IMG/VR virus record: IMGVR_UViG_3300049210_000044 | Location: 1-42,426 of that record | Strand: one strand, 5' to 3' | Origin: a virus | Taxonomy: Duplodnaviria; Caudoviricetes | Length of the DNA stretch: 42,426 nucleotides | Shown here: piece by piece, positions 16,176-25,164 of the stretch | Layout: the number at the start of each line of letters is the position of its first letter | Position numbering within the stretch: the stretch's first letter is position 1 | The notes under the pieces: generated by a model | What the model was told of the DNA's origin: nothing | The model's input: the letters and a program-made list of their open reading frames with translations, nothing else | Databases searched by the model: none | Position numbers and translations under genes: made by a program

Positions 16176-16937
16176 ATGAACTTCGACAGCATCAAGACCG
16201 AGCGGGTCTGGGCGAACACCAACTCCAACACCACCACAGTCCACGCCTTCCTCACCAACAAGTCGGCGGGCGCCCTCTGCAACAGTGGAATCCGCCCCAA
16301 CGACTCGGTTCGCAGCGGTGACACGAACCTGATGACCACGGTGGAGCGCGACCGCACCACAGTCCCCACCAACTACTGCGGGCGCTGCCTCACCCGACTG
16401 GTGAACCTGGTTGACCGTCAGGCCGCGTCCATGATGCCGAGCACCGGCGAGGGTGACTACCTGCCCCCCGCCCAGGAGACGCTGGCTCAGACCGAAGAGA
16501 CCTCGGTGACCGTCACCGAAGAAAAGGAGAACAGCATGACCAACCCGAACATCACGCCCGAGGTCATCAAGGCGCTTCAGGTCCTGCGGAACCGATCCGC
16601 CGTAGGTCCGGTCCCGCAGGACCTGATGTCCGCCATCAATACGCTCGACAACGCGGGCATCTTCTCCGCCATCGATGAGGCCACCGGCTACGACATCGAC
16701 CCGGCGCCGGAGCGGGTCAGCAAGTGCACCTGCCCCGCCAGTCGGGTCGCCTTCCCCACCAAGCTGGGGAACGACATGCACGCGGCCAACTGCCCCGGGG
16801 ACCCCGCTGTCTGGGGTGACCTGGCCTTTACGACCGCCGAGGCTCTGGAAAACGAGCGCCTGACGGCTCAGCACAACGCCCGGTTGGCCATGCTCCGCCG
16901 GGGAACCCACCAGAGCGGAGGAACCGACCGTGGATGA
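16176..16937 (+). CDS. Hypothetical protein with H..ALC..CxxC module
   Basis: Start MNFDSIK after GGGAG; VWA...VHAF...ALC...YCGRC; possible internal start MTNPNIT after AAGGAG. Confidence 0.7.
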   Translation: MNFDSIKTERVWANTNSNTTTVHAFLTNKSAGALCNSGIRPNDSVRSGDTNLMTTVERDRTTVPTNYCGRCLTRLVNLVDRQAASMMPSTGEGDYLPPAQETLAQTEETSVTVTEEKENSMTNPNITPEVIKALQVLRNRSAVGPVPQDLMSAINTLDNAGIFSAIDEATGYDIDPAPERVSKCTCPASRVAFPTKLGNDMHAANCPGDPAVWGDLAFTTAEALENERLTAQHNARLAMLRRGTHQSGGTDRG

Positions 16938-17049
16938 GCAGTCCATCAGGGCCGAGAACGAAGCCAGGCTCGCTGAGCTCCGGCGTCAGACGGACGAAGC
17001 GATCGCAGCGGCCAAGCGGGCGCTGGAGCAGGCCGGAGGCGGAGAGTGA
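16930..17049 (+). CDS. Small coiled-coil protein (39 aa)
   Basis: RBS GGAGG; MDEQSIRAENEARLAELRRQTDEAIAAAKRALEQAGGGE. Confidence 0.6.
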   Translation: MDEQSIRAENEARLAELRRQTDEAIAAAKRALEQAGGGE

Positions 17050-17210
17050 TGGCTGACACCGAGGCACCCAAGTACCCGGTCATCGTCGTCACCGACGCGG
17101 GCGCCATGAACGGCACGGTCAACATCCACGACCAGTCCAGCGGCCAGACCGTGAGCAACGTCCCGGTCTCGGACTACCTGGACACGATCCGCCAGATGAA
17201 CCAGAAGTAG
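17049..17210 (+). CDS. Hypothetical protein (53 aa)
   Basis: TGATG-coupled; MADTEAPKYPVIVVTDAG...IRQMNQK; high GC3. Confidence 0.65.
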   Translation: MADTEAPKYPVIVVTDAGAMNGTVNIHDQSSGQTVSNVPVSDYLDTIRQMNQK

Positions 17211-17217
17211 AAACCCT

Positions 17218-17256
17218 GAGAGGGACCGCCCCCGGTGAAGTGGGGCGGTCCCTCTC
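17218..17256 (+). terminator. 15-bp stem-loop terminator
   Basis: gagagggaccgcccc-cggtgaagt-ggggcggtccctctc. Confidence 0.75.
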
Positions 17257-17278
17257 CCGTCAGAGTAGAGGAGAGATC

Positions 17279-18862
17279 GTGGAAAAGAAGAGCTGCCCCG
17301 AGTGCGGCGAGATGTTCGTTCCGCTCACCGGTGGCGGTCTGCGGGCGCACGGACCCGTGAACGCGCGCTGTGCTCAGGACCCCGCCAACCGCAAGGGGAC
17401 CCGGGCGTGCGCAGGCTGTGACAAGGCGTTCATCCTGACGGACGCCAACGAGATCCCGGCCCACGAATCGGCCCCCGGGGTGATGTGCTCGCAGGCGGCG
17501 GAGGAGTTCACCACGGTTCCGCTCCCGAGCATCAAGGGGCCGTGGTTCGGAGCTAACTACGCGGGCGAGTGCAGCGGTTGCGGAGATGGGATCTACGAAG
17601 GCGACCGCATCCGTTCCGACGGGATGGGCGGGTACGAGGGCGAGTGCTGCGAGCACGTTGACGACGAGCCCCGGCCGGTATCCGGCCCTGCCGTTCAGGA
17701 GCTGTGCGGGATCGAGCCGGTCGCGGCCCCGGAGGAAGACGAGTTCGCTGACCCCACCACCTCCCAGCCCAAGCTGAACGTCTCTGGACAGCCCGAGGCC
17801 CCCAGGGACTATCTGGGCAGGTACGCCATCCGGGACGCGGGTACGGGCGAGTTCAGGTTCTTCAAGAACGGCAATGTCCAGGGGATCACCCGGGTCACCA
17901 CGTTCAACAAGGCCGCGTCCGACTCCAAAGCCATCAACGACTGGAACCGGCGCAACATCGTCATCGGCGCCGCTCTGCGGGGCGACCTGGTCATCAAGGC
18001 CCGGGGTCTGACGCACGACGCTCACCGTGAGGAGCTGGACCGCCTGGCCAACGAGTTCGAGACCGCTGCTGGTTCCAAGGTGGCGTCCTCTATCGGGACC
18101 GACGTGCACGAGATCACCGAGCGCATCGACGCCGGAATCTTGTGGGTGGAGGACGCTCCGGTTCAGTACCGGGATCAGCTGCGGCTGTACGAAACCGTCC
18201 TTCAGGAGGCAGGGTTCGAACCGGTGCCCGGGATGATCGAGCGAGTCACCATGGTCACCGAGTACGGCGGAGTGGCGGGGACGTTCGACCGGGTCTACTA
18301 CCACCGGCCCTCGGGGACGTACGTGGTAGGGGACGTCAAGACCGGCAAGACCATGAAGTTCGCGATGGACGAGACGCAGTGCCAGGAGTGGCTGTACGCC
18401 CACGGGATCAATCAGAACGGCGTGTACGACATCAACACGAAGCAGTGGGAAGAGCCACACACACTGGCCGACGTGAACGAGCGGCTGGTGGTTCGGGAAG
18501 ACGTCGGCCTCATCATCCACATGCCGGTCCAGGGGCCCGACGCAGGCAAGGTGATTCTTCTGAAGACCGACCTGGTGGCGGGGAAGGCCTACGCGGAGCT
18601 GTGCGGCTCTGTGAGGGACTGGCCCAAGGGGAAGGTGGTGCCGTGGACCTGGGAGCCTGAGGCGGCCGTGGAAGCCCCGCAGGAGCCGGTGGCCGAGCGT
18701 GCCTGGTACCTGGAATTCGCCGCTGTCACGAACTCCGAGGAAGCACGACAGCTCTGGTACGAGATGACCGCAGCCCACCCGGATGCCACTCAGGACTTCC
18801 TGGACACGATGGCTGAGATCGGGCGGGCGGCTCTTGAAGTTGCCTCCGTTGACAGGGGTTGA
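17279..18862 (+). CDS. PD-(D/E)XK exonuclease with N-terminal Zn-binding modules
   Basis: RVTTF, GTDVHEITE, VAGTFDRV, VGDVKTGK; several N-terminal CxxC. Confidence 0.85.
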   Translation: MEKKSCPECGEMFVPLTGGGLRAHGPVNARCAQDPANRKGTRACAGCDKAFILTDANEIPAHESAPGVMCSQAAEEFTTVPLPSIKGPWFGANYAGECSGCGDGIYEGDRIRSDGMGGYEGECCEHVDDEPRPVSGPAVQELCGIEPVAAPEEDEFADPTTSQPKLNVSGQPEAPRDYLGRYAIRDAGTGEFRFFKNGNVQGITRVTTFNKAASDSKAINDWNRRNIVIGAALRGDLVIKARGLTHDAHREELDRLANEFETAAGSKVASSIGTDVHEITERIDAGILWVEDAPVQYRDQLRLYETVLQEAGFEPVPGMIERVTMVTEYGGVAGTFDRVYYHRPSGTYVVGDVKTGKTMKFAMDETQCQEWLYAHGINQNGVYDINTKQWEEPHTLADVNERLVVREDVGLIIHMPVQGPDAGKVILLKTDLVAGKAYAELCGSVRDWPKGKVVPWTWEPEAAVEAPQEPVAERAWYLEFAAVTNSEEARQLWYEMTAAHPDATQDFLDTMAEIGRAALEVASVDRG

Positions 18863-18886
18863 CACAGGGCCCCGAGCCACTAGAGT
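18849..18886 (+). promoter_or_regulatory. Promoter upstream of the structured non-coding region
   Basis: TTGACA-GGGG-TTGACA-N16-TAGAGT. Confidence 0.65.
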
Positions 18887-18960
18887 TCTCGGTGTCAGGG
18901 GCAGAGTGAGAGCGCGGTAACCCTGACTGGGTGAACGACCTCGGCGGAGGCTAAACGTGG

Positions 18961-19027
18961 AGAGTGGGGTATGGCATTGCCTTAACCGGGTGCACCCGGG
19001 GATGCGGGTTCGAATCCCGTCCACTCA
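18961..19027 (+). tRNA. Degenerate tRNA-like structure (no canonical anticodon loop)
   Basis: Acceptor GAGTGG/CCACTC; T-arm GCGGG-TTCGAAT-CCCGT; central hairpin CCGGG-TGCA-CCCGG; about 5 nt short; no CCA. Confidence 0.5.
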
Positions 19028-19139
19028 CTGCCCGCAGCTGCGATAGGGACTCGCCATTCGAGCCTCTATCAAAGGACTGCCAACCGTTGGGGTTGGGCAC
19101 CCAGCAGAGAGGCTGGCCCGGTCGCACTCCAATGGGCGC

Positions 19140-19174
19140 CCGTCCCCTGCCGACTGAATTCCGGCAGGGGACGG
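19140..19174 (+). terminator. 13-bp stem-loop
   Basis: ccgtcccctgccg-actgaattc-cggcaggggacgg. Confidence 0.65.
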
Positions 19175-19208
19175 TAACCGGAATCGAAACAGGAAACAGG
19201 AGAACACT

Positions 19209-19733
19209 GTGGCTGACTTTGAAGACCCGTTCGCGGACCCGACTCCCAGGGTCTCGGACTTCGCCTCCGCCGACTCGTTCCGGGGACGGCTCATCCTCAT
19301 CGAGCCGGTCAAGGTCGAGCGGAACGTGCCCAAGCAGGCCAACGTTCCGAACGGCCCCACCGGTGACCGGGTCACCGCCACGGTCACCGTGGTGGACGGA
19401 CTCGGCCCGGTCCAGATCTACAGCCAGCGAATCCCCACGGGGAAGTACCTGGAAGGTCCGGAGCACGTCGGTGTCTGGTTCAATCAGGACCAGCTGGCGA
19501 ACGGTCTCCAGACCCTGAAAAAGGACGCGCTCCTGAAGATGGTTCTGTGCCGGATTGACACTCTCAAGCCGGGCACTCCGGCGGGGCAGGGAAACCCCTG
19601 GATCATGAACGCCGCGTCCCCCGAGGACAAGCAGATGGCCCGGGACTTCCTCGCCGGTCGCAGGCTCGCCCAGGCAGCCGCTCCGACCCCCGCGTCCAAC
19701 CCGTTCGGCGGCAGCCCTAAGGCCCCGTTCTAG
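19209..19733 (+). CDS. Putative ssDNA-binding/recombination protein
   Basis: Follows the exonuclease; beta-rich core and flexible C-terminus ending in PF (inference). Confidence 0.5.
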   Translation: MADFEDPFADPTPRVSDFASADSFRGRLILIEPVKVERNVPKQANVPNGPTGDRVTATVTVVDGLGPVQIYSQRIPTGKYLEGPEHVGVWFNQDQLANGLQTLKKDALLKMVLCRIDTLKPGTPAGQGNPWIMNAASPEDKQMARDFLAGRRLAQAAAPTPASNPFGGSPKAPF

Positions 19734-19780
19734 GCTCCCTCTGCGGCGCTCCCCCGACCGGCCGCCGTAGAGGTTGAGAA

Positions 19781-19818
19781 GAGAAGCCCCACCCTTTCCT
19801 GAGGGGGTGGGGCTTCTC
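19781..19818. terminator. Bidirectional terminator between convergent arms
   Basis: gagaagccccaccc...gggtggggcttctc. Confidence 0.85.
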
Positions 19819-19823
19819 GGTGT

Positions 19824-20039
19824 TCACCGCAGGATGCGGGGTTCGTTCCGGTCGCCGGTGAAGCGACCGGCCAGCCCCTCTAGCAGCGCTAGGGCCGCCA
19901 CAGAGCCACTCACGGTCAGGGCGGGTACCCAGTTGAAGGTCAGAACGTTGAACGGCTGTGAGGCGACCGCCAGAGCCGTCAGGGTACCGAGGAACGCACC
20001 GGTTACCTTGGCCGCGAGTCTTCGCAGGTACAGCTTCAC
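19824..20039 (-). CDS. Holin (r1t-like, 2 TM)
   Basis: 71 aa, two TMs, F...NW..AL..S pattern; last gene of the tail operon. Confidence 0.75.
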   Translation of the reverse strand: MKLYLRRLAAKVTGAFLGTLTALAVASQPFNVLTFNWVPALTVSGSVAALALLEGLAGRFTGDRNEPRILR

Positions 20040-20048
20040 GGATCCTCC

Positions 20049-20693
20049 TCAGAACGCGTTGGTCATCTTGAGCAGCAGGATCTTGCGCAGGCCTAGCGCC
20101 CAGTTCGCCACATCCGGCGTGGTGTTGCCCCGCCACTCCAGACTGAAGCAGTCCGTGGTGCCGTTCATGAAGACCGAGGTCAGTCCGGTCTGCATCATGC
20201 GCACGTTGGCGTCCTCAGGGCCGACACCCACGGTGTGGGACATGGCCGCGATCTTCGGCCCGACCGTTCCCGGGGTCGAGGAGTCGTTCTTGTGGATCTC
20301 CAGATCCATGAAGACCAGCGACGCGCTGTGGGTCAGCGTCGGCACCTGAAGGATCCCCACAACCGCGTACACCCCCACCTCGGTCGGCCTGATCAGACGG
20401 ACCCCCGCAGCCTGTGACATCAGCTCCACGTTGCAGGTGTTGAAGTCCGTGGTGTCGAACGGGAGACGGAAGCGGGTCGCACCGAACGGGATGGACAGAT
20501 CGTTGGCCGGGGCCGGAGAGAGGTAGACCCCGGCGCCACGGAACTGAGCGGCCGGTCGCCCCGTGGCGCCCTCGGTCAGCGCGCAGACGTCTGCGTCGAT
20601 GGCCTCGGCGGTCGCCTGAAGCGAGGCCGGAATGTCGGCGGGGTCCGTAGGGACCGCGTACGGGTACGCGCGGTTGGGAGTGGAGCCGGGCAT
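20049..20693 (-). CDS. Minor tail/fiber protein
   Basis: N-terminus TPNRAYPY..DPADIP, beta-rich C-terminal domain; tail module context. Confidence 0.7.
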   Translation of the reverse strand: MPGSTPNRAYPYAVPTDPADIPASLQATAEAIDADVCALTEGATGRPAAQFRGAGVYLSPAPANDLSIPFGATRFRLPFDTTDFNTCNVELMSQAAGVRLIRPTEVGVYAVVGILQVPTLTHSASLVFMDLEIHKNDSSTPGTVGPKIAAMSHTVGVGPEDANVRMMQTGLTSVFMNGTTDCFSLEWRGNTTPDVANWALGLRKILLLKMTNAF

Positions 20694-21244
20694 CAGTCAG
20701 CCACCTTTGTTGCCGTCAGACCTCGGTTCTGGGCGTTCACCGAACCCACGGTGGTTTGCTCTACCACCGCCCGGATAAAGGTGCCTGCGGTCGCGTACAC
20801 CCCGCTCGTGATGGAGATCTCCACGATCTCCGTGGTGGAGCCGATGCGGGAATCCCACGCGATGTCACCCGTAGTTGAGGAGGTGATGACCATGCGTCGT
20901 CCGCCGCTCGACCCGTTCGTAGCGAACAGGACCCATGCGGATACCAGGTAGAAGCCGGTCTCGGTGATGGTCAGCCGCTCGTTGTTCACACCGAGGTTGG
21001 CCATGGCCGCGTTGTCATAGTCCTCGGTCGCAAAGGTGAGCAGGGTGGCTGTGGCGGATCCGATGGCCTGGTTCGCGGAGGCGGATACCCAGGCTGAGGG
21101 GGAGTACAGCGCGTCGGCGGTTGAGGCGACCTGCGCTTGGACGTCCGTGTCTACAGCCGTGGCGAACGCCTGCGACTGAGCCGGGAAGTCGGCGGGGTCC
21201 GTGTAGAGCGGATACGGGTAGCCCCGGGGAGTGTTGGCGGGCAC
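20693..21244 (-). CDS. Minor tail/fiber protein
   Basis: N-terminus TPRGYPYP..DPADFP, paralogous to the neighbour; ITETGFYLV motif. Confidence 0.7.
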   Translation of the reverse strand: MPANTPRGYPYPLYTDPADFPAQSQAFATAVDTDVQAQVASTADALYSPSAWVSASANQAIGSATATLLTFATEDYDNAAMANLGVNNERLTITETGFYLVSAWVLFATNGSSGGRRMVITSSTTGDIAWDSRIGSTTEIVEISITSGVYATAGTFIRAVVEQTTVGSVNAQNRGLTATKVAD

Positions 21245-21252
21245 GATTCCTC

Positions 21253-21996
21253 CTAAACGGGGCGGGCCACTACAGAGTCCCAGACCAGTGCCTGATCAGC
21301 GGCAAGGGTGGACCGCAGAGCGAGCCTCAGGAAGCCCGTCACAGGAGCCGTCACGCTGCCGGAGAGGGACTGGAACGGCGGGTACTGGGGGACGTCCGTG
21401 GACGTCACGACCACGATGTCAGCTGATGATGTGGTCGGGTACAGGTCCGTGTCCGTGGCGAACCAGAGGGCCACCAGAGCCGCGTCGGCGGTCGCGGCCA
21501 CACCGCCCGGGTAGTCCCCGCCGACGAACGCCGACACGGACCAGATCTGCCCCGAGGTCACCGCGATGGGCGCGGAGTACAGGTAGTGCACTGAGGCCTG
21601 CGCGCTGGAGACGCGGGCCGCCAGGTCACCGCCCGGTGCGTCAGGGATGTCCTCGGTCAGCGCCGTGGAAGTTCCCGAGATGTCGTAGCTCTCCCAGAAA
21701 GCTGGCTGGATGCCCGCCGCAGAGTCTTCGAAGCTGGGATTGAGGATCGAGTTCGACCCGGCCCCGATGACCCGTCCTACGGCCACCCAGGAAGTGTCCT
21801 GCCGAACCAGCTGAACCACAGTCCCCGGCGCCGGAGCAGCCACGGCGGCCGTGGTGAAAGGCTGGATGAACGCGACCTCTTGTACGTTCCCGCCGACGTC
21901 CACGAAGAGACTGTTGACCGTGGCCACGGTGACGATGCCGATACGGGACTCGGTGAACGGACCCTCCGGCCGGTTCACCTGCATCGGGCTAGTCAT
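21253..21996 (-). CDS. Minor tail protein with carbohydrate-binding-like domain
   Basis: Start MTSPMQVN; N-terminal spike-like segment then NSILNPSFE. Confidence 0.7.
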   Translation of the reverse strand: MTSPMQVNRPEGPFTESRIGIVTVATVNSLFVDVGGNVQEVAFIQPFTTAAVAAPAPGTVVQLVRQDTSWVAVGRVIGAGSNSILNPSFEDSAAGIQPAFWESYDISGTSTALTEDIPDAPGGDLAARVSSAQASVHYLYSAPIAVTSGQIWSVSAFVGGDYPGGVAATADAALVALWFATDTDLYPTTSSADIVVVTSTDVPQYPPFQSLSGSVTAPVTGFLRLALRSTLAADQALVWDSVVARPV

Positions 21997-22567
21997 TGGC
22001 CTGCACCAGAAGCGCCCACAGCCGAGACAGGTACTGCACGTTGGTCGCGGAGCTGATCGCGTGGTGCGTACGAGCCACGACGATGTCCCCGGCGCGCAGG
22101 AACAGGGTCTCCTGCCAGGAGACCAGCTCCAGCGTTCCTCCGAGACCGTTGGCGGGCTTGCCGGGACCGTACCTGCCGGATACCGCGTCCCCGTTGACCA
22201 GGGGCTGGATGTGAAGCTCCATGCTGGCAACCTGCGCAGCGTCACCCTGGACGCAGCCTCCGAGGAGGTACTCGCCATCCTCCTGGATGACGATCCCGCC
22301 GATGGCTGTGTTGGTCATGCCCGCGTTGTCGTAGACAGAGACCGAGTAGTTCATGATCACGTCGTTGCCGGTCGCGTTCATCAACCCGGTAGTCATGTAG
22401 CAGACATCGGGACTGCGCAGACGCTCCACAACCCGGTCGGCGTAGATCTGAACCGCCGCATCCGTGGCCTCGGCCAGATCCTGGAACTGCTGAATATCGC
22501 TGAGATCTTTTACGAGCGGCGGGGCGCACTCCGGATAGGGGAGCGCAAGACACTCGGTTTCTTTCAT
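21989..22567 (-). CDS. Minor tail protein
   Basis: LPYPE N-terminus and IQEDGEYLL motif like the neighbouring fibers. Confidence 0.65.
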   Translation of the reverse strand: MKETECLALPYPECAPPLVKDLSDIQQFQDLAEATDAAVQIYADRVVERLRSPDVCYMTTGLMNATGNDVIMNYSVSVYDNAGMTNTAIGGIVIQEDGEYLLGGCVQGDAAQVASMELHIQPLVNGDAVSGRYGPGKPANGLGGTLELVSWQETLFLRAGDIVVARTHHAISSATNVQYLSRLWALLVQAND

Positions 22568-22577
22568 CGTCCCTCCT

Positions 22578-23672
22578 TCAGGTCAGTGTCGCCTGCGCGC
22601 GTACGTACGCGCGCGTACCTAGGGACATCAACCCAGGTCCCAGAGGGTAAGTGATTGAGTCGATGAGCTGGACCTCGGAAACCCCCCGAGAGGTGAGGCG
22701 GACCGTATCTCCCGGCTCCAGGGTGTAGTCGGGGATGACGTCGGCCTGCCATTGCGATGCCAGTGCTGTGGACGCGTTCAGCTGCGCCCGCGCGTACTGA
22801 GTCGCCTGTCCCATGGTCAAAGGGGTCTGAAGCTTGATGACCTGGGAGACTCGGCCGAACGGCCCGTCAAAGCGCGTGGGCGACGTAGGTGAGCCATCCC
22901 GGGCGGTCACTCGGAACGGCTCGCCCCCATCGAAGCGTTCCACCACCACGGTGATCGAGTTGGCGGCCCCGTCACGGGTGAGGGTCGGCGTACCGGACAC
23001 CAACAGACCCTCCTCGCCATCCTCAAACGCCTGGACTACGGTCCCCACGTCGTAGGGGTAGGCGCGTACAACGAAGTCTCCGTTGCCCAGGGCGTACCAG
23101 CGGCCCCCGAGGGCCTCGGCGAGCTTGTCAAGCGCCTGACCCCGGTCCTCATCCCACGTCAGCTTGGGTGTCGGCGCGTCCACCACCGTGTCGGTGCCGA
23201 AGGCGGCGGAGGGCAGCGCCCGCTGAATCAGGCGGTGAATCTGCTCGATGATCGTGACGTTCTCTGAGTTCGTCGGCTGCTCAAAGCGCGCCCCGATCAC
23301 GTCCGCAGCCAGATCATCCACGCGGGCTGTCACGCTGCCGTCGCTGTTGCGGGACATCGACCCCACACGGCCCGTGATGATGTCGAAGAGCTCCTGGGAG
23401 CCGTCGCCGTACTGGATGCCCGCCCGGATGTTCGCCACTGTCTGGAACGGCGTGAGAGACGACGTGGCGGACGTGGGCCAGAACTCCGAGCCCAGGGTGA
23501 ACGTCCCGCTACGGGTCACCCGGTGCGTCAGGTTGGCAGCGATGGATCCGCCGAAGATCGGCACGTTGTTCTCAAGCAGCGCGCCACCGGGCCCCGCGTA
23601 GAGGTCAACCTCGAATGCGAGACGATGGGGGGCGTGAATGGCCTGCTTGTACTGCGCCGAGGAGGAGAGCAT
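22578..23672 (-). CDS. Baseplate hub/tail protein (DUF5047-like)
   Basis: Start MLSSSAQY; TPF...RAGIQY, WDEDR..A...LA, LEPGD motifs. Confidence 0.75.
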   Translation of the reverse strand: MLSSSAQYKQAIHAPHRLAFEVDLYAGPGGALLENNVPIFGGSIAANLTHRVTRSGTFTLGSEFWPTSATSSLTPFQTVANIRAGIQYGDGSQELFDIITGRVGSMSRNSDGSVTARVDDLAADVIGARFEQPTNSENVTIIEQIHRLIQRALPSAAFGTDTVVDAPTPKLTWDEDRGQALDKLAEALGGRWYALGNGDFVVRAYPYDVGTVVQAFEDGEEGLLVSGTPTLTRDGAANSITVVVERFDGGEPFRVTARDGSPTSPTRFDGPFGRVSQVIKLQTPLTMGQATQYARAQLNASTALASQWQADVIPDYTLEPGDTVRLTSRGVSEVQLIDSITYPLGPGLMSLGTRAYVRAQATLT

Positions 23673-24280
23673 CAGGACACTGCCACCCACTGGGACTGAG
23701 ACGAGAAAGTGCGGGACGCCATCGTGACCGATGCGGGCAGCGTGGTCTGGGCGGTCGGCCCGAGGGTGAACCGAGCGGTGGAGGTTGTCAGGTTGGTGTT
23801 GAACATGTCCGCGAATCCGCCGACGGAGCCCACAGCTCCGAACCCCAACGACGTTCCGTTGAAGAGCAACGCCACCCACATAGGCGCGTTGGCCGTGACG
23901 ATGTACGGGGCTGTGAGCGCCATTACCTTGGGGCTGGAACTGTTCCAGCTGGCCGATTGATCAGCTGTCACGCCCACGCGCGTACCGGCCGCGTCGTAGA
24001 GGCCCGCAAAGCACTGTCCGGCTACCAGGCCGACCCCGGCGGTCGCGACGTAGCAGTGCAGCGTGGTGATCGTGTACTGGAGCGGCAGCAGCGGCAGCTT
24101 CACCATACGGACGGATCCGGAGGCGGGGCCCGCCGAGGTCACTACCGTCTGCGGATCGGCACTCCAGTTCAGGTAGCCGTGGTCGTTGGGGGTGAAGCGG
24201 CCCGAGGCCAGCGTGTCCAGAACCGTGTTCAGCGGGGTAGACCACGGGGTCAGACCGTGGGTGGGAACCGTAACGCCCAT
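23672..24280 (-). CDS. Minor tail protein
   Basis: Tail module context; beta-rich. Confidence 0.6.
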   Translation of the reverse strand: MGVTVPTHGLTPWSTPLNTVLDTLASGRFTPNDHGYLNWSADPQTVVTSAGPASGSVRMVKLPLLPLQYTITTLHCYVATAGVGLVAGQCFAGLYDAAGTRVGVTADQSASWNSSSPKVMALTAPYIVTANAPMWVALLFNGTSLGFGAVGSVGGFADMFNTNLTTSTARFTLGPTAQTTLPASVTMASRTFSSQSQWVAVS

Positions 24281-24291
24281 GATGTTTCTCC

Positions 24292-25164
24292 TTAGGCCCC
24301 GTAGGGTCCCTCGCCGTATCCGCCCTCGCCGTACCCGTCCAGGTTGCCCTGCGTCGCCTCACCGGTGCCAACCTCGGACCAGTTCAGCCCGGTGGCTGTC
24401 AGATCCGCGAACGTCGGATAGGCCTCTGCCAGAGCGCACCAGTTCGCGTCCGCCGTGCCCTGGATGGGTCCCAGAGGTCGGCGCACCACCGTGAAGGGCA
24501 CCTCCCAGATGCGGAAGGGGCGCCGCTGATCCCGGGAGATGTAGGCCTCGGACAGGTTGCCTGGCTGCACGATGATGTCAGGCTGCCCGTAAACCGCCGG
24601 GGACTGGATCTGGAGCGGGCCACCCGCCGCGAAGAGCGTGATGACGTCTTCCTTGGCAGTCAGTGTCTTGGACAGGATCCGGAACGATCCGTCGAACCGC
24701 TTGCGAACCCCGTAGATGTCGGCGGGGATCCAGTCGTTGTACACGTCGAACAGGTTGGCGTCAGAGCGGTACGTCTGCTCCCCAAAGCCCACCCATACCA
24801 GCTCGGGTCCCTGAACCTCACAGAGGGCTGCCAGGCCTTGCTGAGCGGTCGTACAGAAGAACAGTTCGAGGTTCGCCCACGGGCGTAGCGGATCCTTCAG
24901 GAGGATCGTGTCCCCCGCGACCTCGGTGAAGGGCCCCTGCACCACGATCTCGTCACCCGGTTGACCCGTCCAGCGGTACCAGACGGGGGTGTCCAGGGGG
25001 ACGGTCGTGTCGTAGGTGAATCCGAGCTCTGCCAGGAGGGGGACGTCCCGGATGAACTCCCAGGGCCCCGTGGCCGACAGGCCCCGCTCCAGCGTGGCAG
25101 TGGTCTGCGTTCCGGGCAGCACCGTGAAGTCCACGGCCACATACAGAACTCCGTCATCGGCCAT
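24292..25164 (-). CDS. Distal tail (Dit-like) protein
   Basis: Immediately after the tape measure; D.T.PLDTPVWYR and LKDPLRPW motifs. Confidence 0.7.
   Translation of the reverse strand: MADDGVLYVAVDFTVLPGTQTTATLERGLSATGPWEFIRDVPLLAELGFTYDTTVPLDTPVWYRWTGQPGDEIVVQGPFTEVAGDTILLKDPLRPWANLELFFCTTAQQGLAALCEVQGPELVWVGFGEQTYRSDANLFDVYNDWIPADIYGVRKRFDGSFRILSKTLTAKEDVITLFAAGGPLQIQSPAVYGQPDIIVQPGNLSEAYISRDQRRPFRIWEVPFTVVRRPLGPIQGTADANWCALAEAYPTFADLTATGLNWSEVGTGEATQGNLDGYGEGGYGEGPYGA

Larger units (their letters stand above)
18891..19175 (+). ncRNA. Putative structured ncRNA with tRNA-like core
   Basis: Gap without a credible CDS, own promoter, serial hairpins, terminal 13-bp stem. Confidence 0.6.

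Noticed and set aside
17279-18862. Cas4 as part of a CRISPR system
   Set aside because: No array or other cas genes; fits a phage recombination exonuclease.
12212-19024. Long minus-strand ORFs (12212-13510, 14300-15946, 17174-19024)
   Set aside because: Antisense shadows of the replicase and exonuclease genes.
18961-19027. Functional tRNA-Cys or tRNA-Ala (TGCA loop)
   Set aside because: No 7-nt anticodon loop, defective D-arm and no CCA; kept only as tRNA-like.
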